Below are positions 28,831 through 37,504 of a DNA stretch of 64,000 nucleotides, piece after piece. Source of the stretch: Polyangiaceae bacterium (GTDB lineage Bacteria > Myxococcota_A > Polyangia > Polyangiales > Polyangiaceae); NCBI GenBank assembly GCA_044222475.1, contig JBGANF010000014.1, forward strand, positions 1-64,000, in the 5' to 3' direction. The position numbers were made by a program, and so were the translations under genes. Positions within the stretch are counted from its first letter, which is position 1, and each line of letters begins with the position of its first letter. Under the pieces are notes generated by a model. That model saw only the letters and a list, made by a program, of their open reading frames with translations, searched no databases and was not told the DNA's origin.

Positions 28831-31536
28831 ATGCGAGCTTGTCCGCAGTGCAACCAGCTGTGCGATTCCTCGCATCAGTTCTGCCCTGCGTGCGGATTCC
28901 CGATCGGCAAGGTCGCGGCAAACCAAGAGGACCCGCTCATCGGGCGGACGCTCCCTGGCGGATTCGTGATCCTCGAGCTCATCGGCGTCGGCGGCATGGG
29001 CCGCGTCTACCGCGCCGAGCAGACGACACTGGGGCGAACCGTCGCAGTCAAGATCGTCCACCCCCACCTCGCCGGCGAAGAGAACGCGGTGGCTCGCTTC
29101 ATCACCGAGGCCCGCGCCGCCAGCCGGCTGAACCACCCCAACTCCGTCGCAGTCATCGACTTCGGAAAGACGAACGACGGCCAGCTCTACCTCGTCATGG
29201 AGTACCTGCGCGGGAAAGACCTCGCGCGCGTCGCCTACGAAGAGGGGCCGCTCCCGTTCAAGCGCATCGTCGACGTGCTCCGACAGGTGCTCGCCGCGCT
29301 CTCCGAAGCGCACCATCTCGAGATCATCCACCGCGACCTCAAGCCCGAGAACATCATCCTCGAGCCGGTGCGCGCTGGCGGCGACTTCGTGAAGGTCGTG
29401 GACTTCGGCCTCGCGAAGATGCGCGTCGAGGAGAAGGCGCCCTCGATCACGAGCCCCGGGATCGTCTGCGGCACGCCCGAGTACATGAGCCCCGAGCAGG
29501 GACGCGGTGATCCGCTCGATCCCCGCAGCGATCTCTACGCCGTCGGCGTGATCATGTACCAGCTCCTCACGGGGCGGCTCCCGTTCGAGGCCGACACGCC
29601 GACGCAGGTCGTGCTCATGCACCTGTCGAAGGCGCCGCCCCACCCGAACGAGATCGCGCCCGAGCGACAGATCCCGCAGCAGCTCGTGTCGATCGTCATG
29701 CGGTCGCTCGCGAAGGAGGCGAAGGACCGGTACGGGAGCGCCGACGACTTCTCGAGCGAGCTCGGCGCCGCGATGGACGAGATCGAGGCGACGGCCCAGG
29801 CCATCTCGGGGATGCAGGCCTGCCCGAAGTGCGGCGCGTCGAACTCGTTGAAGCAGAAGTTCTGCGGTCAATGCGGCTCGGGCCTCGCGCCGCGTCCGCC
29901 GTCGCAGAAGGGCGCAGCCGTCGTCGTACCCCCGGAGACGATGCGCGAGGCCGCCCCCGCCGCGCCGCCGCCGCCGCGCCGCACGTCGATCGTCGACGAA
30001 GGCGGGGCGCTGCGCTTCGCCGGTCGCGACGAGGACATGAAGTGGCTCGACGAACGCCGCTCCGACGCGAGGATGAGCCTCCGCGCGGCGGTCATCGTGG
30101 GCGAGCCCGGCGTCGGAAAGACCCGGCTCATGCGCGAGTTCGCGACCATCGCCGAGGCAGCCGGCGACACGGTCGTCTTCGCCGGTCCCGACCCGCGTTG
30201 GAGCGAGGTCGGCTACTACGCACTTCGCCGCGCGATCGTCGCACTCGCGTCGCTCTCCGACGACGGCGGCACCATGAACGAATGGGTCGCGGCCAGCCCC
30301 GAGGCGAAGAGCGGCCTGAGCCACGTGTTCGGCGGCAAGCACAACGGATCGAAGCCGCCGAGCCTGTCGCCGGATCAACAGCGCTTCGCCGCGGCCGAGG
30401 CCCTGCGTTGGGCGTTCGTTCGCTCCAACGCGAAGGGAGGCGGTCGCCGGGTCATCCTCTGCGTCGACGACCTGCACGCGATCGATGGCGCGAGTCGCAA
30501 CGCATTCCTCGACGCGATCGCCGAGCCGCCGCTGGTCCCCGCGCTGCTCGTGCTCGCCCAGCCGACGGGCTTCGAACCTCGGTTGCCGTCGCCGCAGCCC
30601 ACGCGCACGCTGCACCCGCTCTCCGGGCAGGTCGTCCTCAACATGCTCTCTGCCGGCGGCGTCCGCGACACGTCGGTCATGTCGAGCGGTCGCGGCATCG
30701 CGCCGCTCTACATCGAGCACCTCCTTCGTTTCCTCCGCGACGAAGGCGGCAGTCCTCCTCCGCGGCTCCCGGACTTGCTCGCGCTGCGCGTCGAGCGCCT
30801 CGACGCGGACGCGCGTCGCGTCCTTCAGGCGATCGCCGTCACCGGCGACGACGCCACCGAAGACACCGTGAAGCCGCTCCTCCCGCCCGACACGGATCTC
30901 GTCAAGGCGATCGACGTCCTCCGCAAGGCCGGCATGATCGACGCCGCGTCGGACACCTACCGCGCCGCGCACCCGCTCCTCCGCGAGATCGTCCTCTCGA
31001 CGATCCCGGCTGCGGCGCGCCGCGAGATCCACCGCAAGGCGGCCGAGGTCTGCGAGATGCTGGGCGCACCGCTCGAGGTGCAGGCGCTCCACGAGTTCCA
31101 CGCGCAGCTCGCGTTCGAAGCGCTGCTCTCGCTCGAGCGCGTCAGCGCCATCTGCGCCGCCCGCGGTGACGTCGTGGGGAGCGCGCTCGCGCTGCGCCGC
31201 GGCCTCGAGACCGCGCGGCGCGAGCTCTTCCGCGGCGAGATCGACGACCCCGAGCGCGCGGTCGTCATCTTCAGCCGCAAGCTCGGAGAGAACCTCGCGG
31301 CGCAGGGCAACTTCGCCGACGCCGAAGGCGTCCTGCGCGAAGCGCTCGACATGGCGGGCCCCGGCGGGAACGATCGAGCGCGGGTGCTCGGCGCGCTCGC
31401 CCACGTCGCCCACGGCCGCGAGCGAAACCGCGAAGCCCAGGCGTACCTGCGCGAAGCGCTCGAGCTCGCGCGCAAGTCGGGAGCGCACGAGCTGCTCGCC
31501 TCGTTGAAGGATCTCGAGCGCTCGATCGCGGTGTGA
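28831..31536 (+). CDS. Ser/Thr kinase with zinc ribbons, AAA ATPase and TPR-like tail
   Basis: CPQC/CPAC; GVGGMGRVY, HRDLKPEN, DFG; CPKC/CGQC; GEPGVGKT, CVDD. Confidence 0.92.
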   Translation: MRACPQCNQLCDSSHQFCPACGFPIGKVAANQEDPLIGRTLPGGFVILELIGVGGMGRVYRAEQTTLGRTVAVKIVHPHLAGEENAVARFITEARAASRLNHPNSVAVIDFGKTNDGQLYLVMEYLRGKDLARVAYEEGPLPFKRIVDVLRQVLAALSEAHHLEIIHRDLKPENIILEPVRAGGDFVKVVDFGLAKMRVEEKAPSITSPGIVCGTPEYMSPEQGRGDPLDPRSDLYAVGVIMYQLLTGRLPFEADTPTQVVLMHLSKAPPHPNEIAPERQIPQQLVSIVMRSLAKEAKDRYGSADDFSSELGAAMDEIEATAQAISGMQACPKCGASNSLKQKFCGQCGSGLAPRPPSQKGAAVVVPPETMREAAPAAPPPPRRTSIVDEGGALRFAGRDEDMKWLDERRSDARMSLRAAVIVGEPGVGKTRLMREFATIAEAAGDTVVFAGPDPRWSEVGYYALRRAIVALASLSDDGGTMNEWVAASPEAKSGLSHVFGGKHNGSKPPSLSPDQQRFAAAEALRWAFVRSNAKGGGRRVILCVDDLHAIDGASRNAFLDAIAEPPLVPALLVLAQPTGFEPRLPSPQPTRTLHPLSGQVVLNMLSAGGVRDTSVMSSGRGIAPLYIEHLLRFLRDEGGSPPPRLPDLLALRVERLDADARRVLQAIAVTGDDATEDTVKPLLPPDTDLVKAIDVLRKAGMIDAASDTYRAAHPLLREIVLSTIPAAARREIHRKAAEVCEMLGAPLEVQALHEFHAQLAFEALLSLERVSAICAARGDVVGSALALRRGLETARRELFRGEIDDPERAVVIFSRKLGENLAAQGNFADAEGVLREALDMAGPGGNDRARVLGALAHVAHGRERNREAQAYLREALELARKSGAHELLASLKDLERSIAV

Positions 31537-31543
31537 ATCGCGG

Positions 31544-32506
31544 ATGCGTCGGTTCGTCACTCCGCTCGCGCTCGTCGTTCCGTTGGCGATTGCCTGCGCC
31601 GGCTCTCCGTCCACGCCTCCCGCCGTGACTCCGCAGCTCGCAGCGTGGCGCGCGGCGGTGGGCCGAGGGTGCACGCGGATCGCGAGCTGCTCCGACCCTC
31701 ACGATCCGTCGACGTTTCGAACGGTGTCGGCGTGCATCGACTGGTGGCTCGTCAACGACGAGGCCGAGCGCCCCCTCGCCGACTGCGTCATGCGCGCCAC
31801 GTCGTGCGAGGAGGTCGAGCGCTGCACGCATCCACCGGGGGACGTCGGCGCGGAGACGTTCTGTCGTGCCCACCCCGGCACGCTGAGCACGTGCGACGGG
31901 ACCCGCTTCGTCGCGTGCGAAGAGGGGCGACCGGAGGAGAGCGTCGCCACCGATTGCAGCCGCCTCGGCGGGACGTGCGGCGAGGTCCGTAAGGACGGTC
32001 TCGTCGTCCGCGGTTGCATCTCGAAGAAAGCGTGCCCCGACGACGCGCCGGCGATCCGTTGCGACGGGGAAGCGAACCTGATCGACTGCGCCGGAGGCGT
32101 GGCCGAACGACGCGCATGCCCGCCCGGCACCCACTGTCGCCAAGCGGTCGATGGCGACGGCGAGCGGTCGGCGCAGTGCGAGTCCGTGACCGGCAAGAGC
32201 TGCGGGGTACCCGGGAGCGCGTTCTGCGACGGCGATCGGGCGGTCGCGTGCGTTCAGAACGGTCGCTACACCGGGATGCACGTGGGCGAGTGCGGTCGGT
32301 TCGGGCTCGGCTGCGCGATGAGGGCCGGCCGCTCGTATTGCGTTCGCAAGGACACGGCGGGGTGCACCGCCCATCCGGCCACGTGCAGCGGCGATTTCCT
32401 CGGTTTCTGTGCCGCAGGTGACGAGATGACGGTCTCGTGCAAGGAGCTCGGGTTCGCTGGTTGCGATCCGACCGGCGCGGGCACCGAGGGCGCCTGCAAA
32501 AGATAG
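31544..32506 (+). CDS. Cys-rich lipoprotein
   Basis: Lipobox AIAC; many Cys repeats of CDG..C type. Confidence 0.75.
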   Translation: MRRFVTPLALVVPLAIACAGSPSTPPAVTPQLAAWRAAVGRGCTRIASCSDPHDPSTFRTVSACIDWWLVNDEAERPLADCVMRATSCEEVERCTHPPGDVGAETFCRAHPGTLSTCDGTRFVACEEGRPEESVATDCSRLGGTCGEVRKDGLVVRGCISKKACPDDAPAIRCDGEANLIDCAGGVAERRACPPGTHCRQAVDGDGERSAQCESVTGKSCGVPGSAFCDGDRAVACVQNGRYTGMHVGECGRFGLGCAMRAGRSYCVRKDTAGCTAHPATCSGDFLGFCAAGDEMTVSCKELGFAGCDPTGAGTEGACKR

Positions 32507-32523
32507 GGTATGCTCCCCCGCCG

Positions 32524-33153
32524 ATGACGGAGTCGGAGGAGAGCAAGCCAGCCCACGCATTCACCCGCCCGACGATCCGCGTGCGTCGGATACATCGCCG
32601 CGATCTCAACCGCGTGTGGGAGTTCCTCAAGCTCACGTTTCGCGCGGTGAACCGCGACACGGTGGAGTACCAGCGCCCGCGATCGAAGAAGCGCTTTCTC
32701 GAGGTGTACGCGGAGGAGGGGGTCGAACAGCTCCTCTTCGAGATGCACCTCGAAGGGACGAAGGGCGACACGATCGTCGGCTACGCCGAGTGCGCGTTCG
32801 AGATCATCGGCAACGACAACTGGATGAACCAGCGCTACTTCGAGACGCGCGAGATGCGCCCGCTCTTCGTCGAGGAGCTCGCCGTGCACCCCGAGGTCCA
32901 AGGCATGGGCGTCGGGAGCTTCGTCCTCGAGCAGCTCGAGCACCTCGCGCGCGTGCGCGGCTGCACGCACCTCGTCCTCGAGGTCGCGGAGAACAACGAG
33001 AACGCGCTGCGGTTCTACCGCGCGCGAGCGTTCCACAAACTCGACGCGGCGGTCTTCATGGCGAAGCGGGTCCAGGCCGAGGCCGAGCTCCTTCCGCCGC
33101 GCAAGCTGCGCGCGAAGCGGGCAGCAGCTCCTCGCAAAGGGAAGCCGCGGTGA
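32524..33153 (+). CDS. GNAT family acetyltransferase
   Basis: LAVHPEVQGMGVGS acetyl-CoA motif A; NENALRFY. Confidence 0.88.
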   Translation: MTESEESKPAHAFTRPTIRVRRIHRRDLNRVWEFLKLTFRAVNRDTVEYQRPRSKKRFLEVYAEEGVEQLLFEMHLEGTKGDTIVGYAECAFEIIGNDNWMNQRYFETREMRPLFVEELAVHPEVQGMGVGSFVLEQLEHLARVRGCTHLVLEVAENNENALRFYRARAFHKLDAAVFMAKRVQAEAELLPPRKLRAKRAAAPRKGKPR

Positions 33154-34172
33154 CGGAGACGGGAGGCCACGTCGCGCGGTGGGATCTCGACAAGACCTAC
33201 CTTCGCACCGAGTTCGACACCATCAAGGATCTGGTGCGCACCGCGCTCGAGCGGCCGGACGAAAAGCGAACGAACCCCGGTGCGGCGACGCTCCTTCGCG
33301 AGATGGTTCGCTCGGGTGTCCGCGTCCACATCTTGTCGGGCTCACCGGAGCAGATGCGCGAGCGACTCGAATCGAAGCTGCGCCTCGACGGGATCGCGTG
33401 GGACAGCTTCACGCTGAAGCCGAACCTCCAGAACATGCTCCGGTTGCGCTTCCGCGCCCTGCGCGATCAGCTCGGCTACAAGCTGCCGGCGCTGCTTCGA
33501 TCGCGTGCCTCGATCCCGAACGACGCACCGCTACCGGCCGAGACGCTCTTCGGTGACGACGCCGAAGCGGACGCGTTCGTGTACTCGCTCTACGCCGACG
33601 TGATCTCGGGTCGGGTCGACGCGGCCGGACTGAGGGCGATCTGCGAGAACGGTCGGATGTACGAGGACGTCCTCGAAGAGGTGCTCGACGACGCGGCGAA
33701 GATTCGACCGGCGGACTCGGTCGCGCGGATCTTCATCCACCTCGAGCGGCAGTCGCCGCCCGACGAGTTCGCCGCGTACGGCCGTCGCGTCGTCCCGTTC
33801 TACAACTACCTGCAGGCGGCGTTCGCGATGCACGAGGACGGCTGGCTTCCGACCGAGGCCGTGCTCCGGGTCGCGTCCGAGCTGGTTCTCCTTCATCGCT
33901 TCGACGGCGATTCGCTGGCCCGCAGCTACGCCGATCTCGCGCGTCGTGGTCACCTCGCGGGGAAGGACGATGGTGCGTTCGCGACCGCGTTCGCCGCGTG
34001 GAAGGAGCGCGAGAAGGTTCCGGCCGAGGCGGAGCTCGAGCGCCTCGTCGGTGCGCTCCCGCGGTACGCCGAGGCGGCGCGAAAATCGGCGAAGCCGGCC
34101 CCGCCCTACACGCCGCCCGACTACGCGAAGATGGTCCGCTCGCACACGAAGCGGAAGAAGAAGAAAGGCTAG
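33150..34172 (+). CDS. HAD-fold phosphatase-like protein (App1/LNS2-like)
   Basis: WDLDKTY (DxDxT), LSGSP, YK, FGDD..D; GTGA overlap with the GNAT gene. Confidence 0.75.
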   Translation: MTETGGHVARWDLDKTYLRTEFDTIKDLVRTALERPDEKRTNPGAATLLREMVRSGVRVHILSGSPEQMRERLESKLRLDGIAWDSFTLKPNLQNMLRLRFRALRDQLGYKLPALLRSRASIPNDAPLPAETLFGDDAEADAFVYSLYADVISGRVDAAGLRAICENGRMYEDVLEEVLDDAAKIRPADSVARIFIHLERQSPPDEFAAYGRRVVPFYNYLQAAFAMHEDGWLPTEAVLRVASELVLLHRFDGDSLARSYADLARRGHLAGKDDGAFATAFAAWKEREKVPAEAELERLVGALPRYAEAARKSAKPAPPYTPPDYAKMVRSHTKRKKKKG

Positions 34173-34208
34173 CTTCAGCGCGAGGTCTCGGGGCCTGCCC
34201 CCCTGCGA

Positions 34209-34338
34209 GAATTGTTAGCCGGCAGACGTGCCGGGGCAGAGGGGGCGGAGGGGGTCCGGGGAATTGTTAGCCGGCAGACGTGCCGGGGCGGGGGCGGAGG
34301 GGGTCCCGGGAATTGTTAGCCGGCAGACGTGCCGGGGC
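34209..34338 (+). repeat. 3x tandem repeat with ~50-bp period
   Basis: Identical 29-bp core GAATTGTTAGCCGGCAGACGTGCCGGGGC at 34209, 34261 and 34310 with near-identical G-rich linkers. Confidence 0.92.
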
Positions 34339-34350
34339 AGGGGCCCGCCG

Positions 34351-34944
34351 CTAGGTCCAGTGACCCGCTCGGAGGGCCGCCACGTCGATGACCTTCACCT
34401 TCGGTCCGAGCGCTTCTCGGAAGCTATCCTCGTCTTCGTCGTCCATGATCGCATCGCCGAATCCGGCCGCGATCTCCATGGCGGTCGCCAGGATGCGAAG
34501 GAATTGAGCAAAGCTCGACGCGGCGAGCGTCGGCACCCAGCGATCTTGGCCGCTCATCGCGGTGTAGACCGGACAGTCTCCCTCGGGATCGGGCTTCGAG
34601 ACGTCGAGGAAATAGGGGTCGCCCAGGAGCGAGCTCTCCGCAATCACGACCCAACTCGGCTTCCACTCGCCAGCGGGCACCGATTTCCCGATCTCGTCCG
34701 CGGGGAGCAACCGAACGCGCTCGACCGGCGTCGCGGTCTCGACCTTCGTCGGGTTGGCTTCCAGGAGAAAATGGCGATATCGCGGCGGGATTCGGAGCTG
34801 CTTCTTCAGCGACTCGACGAGCTCGGCGGGGGCTTTCTCGAAGGTGGCGGCGATCTTTCGTTTCGCGAAAACCGTCTTCAGATTCTCGAGTGAATCGGCC
34901 AGATCGCTGTCCAAATGGTCCTCGCTCGGTCGCTTTGTTAGCAA
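34351..34944 (-). CDS. SMI1/KNR4 (SUKH) family protein
   Basis: L...L.IPPRYRHFL, VVIAE..GDPYFLD, PVY, LAASSFAQFL; start uncertain. Confidence 0.78.
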   Translation of the reverse strand: MLTKRPSEDHLDSDLADSLENLKTVFAKRKIAATFEKAPAELVESLKKQLRIPPRYRHFLLEANPTKVETATPVERVRLLPADEIGKSVPAGEWKPSWVVIAESSLLGDPYFLDVSKPDPEGDCPVYTAMSGQDRWVPTLAASSFAQFLRILATAMEIAAGFGDAIMDDEDEDSFREALGPKVKVIDVAALRAGHWT

Positions 34945-34968
34945 GCCGGGCCACGGCCGGCAATGAAA

Positions 34969-35968
34969 TCAACGTTTGCCAGCGTCCAGGACCGCAACGC
35001 CGGCGTCGGCGTCGACGACTCGGGTGGCGACCGGGCGTGCCCACAGATGGAGCGGGCAGTGCACGCGGCTCGTCGCGCTCGCGGCATTCGAGAGGCCACC
35101 GAGGGCGCGCAGCGCGTTCATCGGCGCGCGCAGCGCTCGCTCGACGATGGAACGCGCGCTGTCGCTGGCGACCGAGAGCCTCAGATCCGCGTTCGCGATC
35201 TCGTTGCCGAGGGCGCGGACCTCCAGCGTGACCCAAACGTCCTCTTCGGTCGTCGTGCCGAAGCGTCCGTCGGAGCGCAACGAACCGCACACGGTGGACG
35301 TCCCTTCGCCGCCGTCGGGCCCGAACGCCGCGACCATCCACTGGGCGAGGTCGACGAGCACGCCGTCGTCGAGCGCAGAGACGACGCGCACGCATCGATC
35401 CTCGGGCCCGTACACCGTCCCAGGGGCGCACGCGCCGAACGGCGCGCAGCCGACGTCTTTCTTGGGCCGCATGCCGGCACCGCACGATTGATCGAGGGGC
35501 GCGCACGCGGCGGTGTCGCCGCGCGCGACGAGCACCGTGTCGCCGTCGCAGCCGAGCGTCTCGTCGTCGTACAGGCCCACGCCGAGCGCCTTCGCCATCC
35601 CGCGCTGACTGCCGGTCGGGAGACACACGCCGCTGGCTCGATCGAGGACCTCTCCCGGACGACAGCCGACGAACGTGCACCCGCCGTTGCTCGGCCGAGC
35701 GGCCTTTCCGCAGAACGCGGGCAGCGCTTCGGCGCCCATGCACGCCCCGAAGAACGCCGTTGCGCCATCGGAGCACACGCAGCCGCCAGCGCCATCGGGC
35801 TTCGCGCCGGGCGGGCACGCGAGCGGGATGCACCGCGCGAGGAGCGGCGCGCTGCTCGCGGACCCAGCCGGTTTTTCGATGCTCGCGCATCGATCCGCAC
35901 GCGGGCACGCGGTCGCGAAGATTGCGAAGCCTCCCAAGAGCAGCGCCATGGCCAATTGCCGCCGCATG
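34969..35968 (-). CDS. Cys-rich hypothetical lipoprotein
   Basis: Signal peptide with FATAC; repeated C.PG motifs. Confidence 0.65.
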
Positions 35969-36039
35969 GCGCGCGAAGCTACCACGACCCGAGCCAGCGC
36001 GTGCTAGCTTCCCCCCGCGCTCGAAAAAGCGCTCTCTGC

Positions 36040-37335
36040 ATGCGAATCGTGGTCGAAGACACTCCCGCTTTCGACGAGACGCTCGCCGCGCTCGCGGTCC
36101 GCGGCGACGACGATCTCGCGCGCGTCGAGCCCGACGTCCGCGCGATCCTCGATGCCGTCCGGCGCGAGGGCGACGAGGCCGTCCTCCGCTACGCCGAGCG
36201 CTTCGATGCTCGCCGCCCGGACCCGATCCTGCGTCGCGACTACGGCGGAGCGGCGGCGCTCGCGCGGCTTCCGCTTCACCTCCGCGAGGCCCTCGAGCTC
36301 GCGGCGAACCGCATCAAGAGCTTCCACGAACGCCAGCGAGATGCGGGCTTTCGCTATACCGAAGGCGGCATCACCCTCGGATGCCGTGTTCGCCCGCTCG
36401 ATCGGGTCGCCGTCTACGCGCCGGGCGGAAAAGCTCGCTACCCGTCGAGCGTGCTGATGAGCGCGATCCCGGCCCGGACCGCCGGCGTCGAGGACATCCT
36501 CCTCGTCACGCCGCTCGCTGGCGACGGCGGGCCGACCGACGACGCGCTCCTCGCCGCCGCGCACCTCTCCGGCGTCCACGGCGTGGTCGATCTCGGGGGC
36601 GCGCAGGCCATCGCCGCGGTCGCGTACGGGACGAAGACGGTCCCCAAGGTCGACAAGATCGTCGGCCCCGGCAACATCTACGTCGCGTGCGCGAAGCGCC
36701 TCGTCTTCGGGACGGTCGCGATCGACGGCGTCGCTGGCCCGTCCGAGATCCTCGTCGTGTGCGACGACGAAGCCGACCCGCGTTGGATCGCCGCCGACCT
36801 CCTCTCCCAAGCCGAGCACGACGAGGCGGCGTATCCCCTCCTGGTCTGCACCTCGGGTTCCATGGCCGAGGCCATCGCCGAGGAGCTGACCGCCCAGGTC
36901 GCGACGCTCCCCCGTCGCGCCATCGCCGAGGCCTCGCTCGCGGCGCATGGGGTCGCGTTCGTGGTCAAGAGCCGTTCCCGCCTCGCCGAGGTCGCCGACC
37001 GCCTCGCCGTCGAGCACGTCAGCCTCCAAACCCGCGACCCGGAGGCCCTGCTCCGCCAAATCCGCAACGCGGGGGCCATTTTCATGGGCCCCTTGACGCC
37101 GGAAGCCGCTGGTGACTATGTGGCCGGCCCTTCGCACGTGCTTCCCACCGGGGGAACGGTCCGGTTCGGCTCCCCCCTCGGCGTCTACGATTTTTACGCG
37201 CGTTCTTCGGTCATTGGCTACTCGGCCGAAGCACTTTTGGAGCAAGGCGGCGCCATCGCCTCCCTGGCTCGACTCGAAGGTCTCGAGGCTCACGCACGGG
37301 CCGTCGAGGTGCGAACCCTAACGGGTGGGCGTTAG
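36040..37335 (+). CDS. hisD: Histidinol dehydrogenase
   Basis: YAPGGKARYPSSVLM, GGAQAIAA, KIVGPGNIYV, AGPSE, DLLSQAEHD, GDYVAGPSHVLPT. Confidence 0.97.
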   Translation: MRIVVEDTPAFDETLAALAVRGDDDLARVEPDVRAILDAVRREGDEAVLRYAERFDARRPDPILRRDYGGAAALARLPLHLREALELAANRIKSFHERQRDAGFRYTEGGITLGCRVRPLDRVAVYAPGGKARYPSSVLMSAIPARTAGVEDILLVTPLAGDGGPTDDALLAAAHLSGVHGVVDLGGAQAIAAVAYGTKTVPKVDKIVGPGNIYVACAKRLVFGTVAIDGVAGPSEILVVCDDEADPRWIAADLLSQAEHDEAAYPLLVCTSGSMAEAIAEELTAQVATLPRRAIAEASLAAHGVAFVVKSRSRLAEVADRLAVEHVSLQTRDPEALLRQIRNAGAIFMGPLTPEAAGDYVAGPSHVLPTGGTVRFGSPLGVYDFYARSSVIGYSAEALLEQGGAIASLARLEGLEAHARAVEVRTLTGGR

Positions 37336-37504
37336 TAGCCGTGCGAGGACCGACGGTACGTAGTTCAGTTAGTTGATATCGTTACGAAATGTGTTCTGGA
37401 TTCATTCTTGCTTCCAGTGCACGCGCCAGCTCTACCGGCTGTGGTGCCGGGCGGGACGGACAAAGTCACTGGGCAGATAGGTTCTGTTCATTTTGGAGGT
37501 TCGG

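Noticed and set aside
34209..34338. Possible mini CRISPR array (29-bp repeats with an internal hairpin)
   Set aside because: Spacers are short (20-23 bp) and nearly identical to each other, and there are no cas genes; this is a tandem repeat
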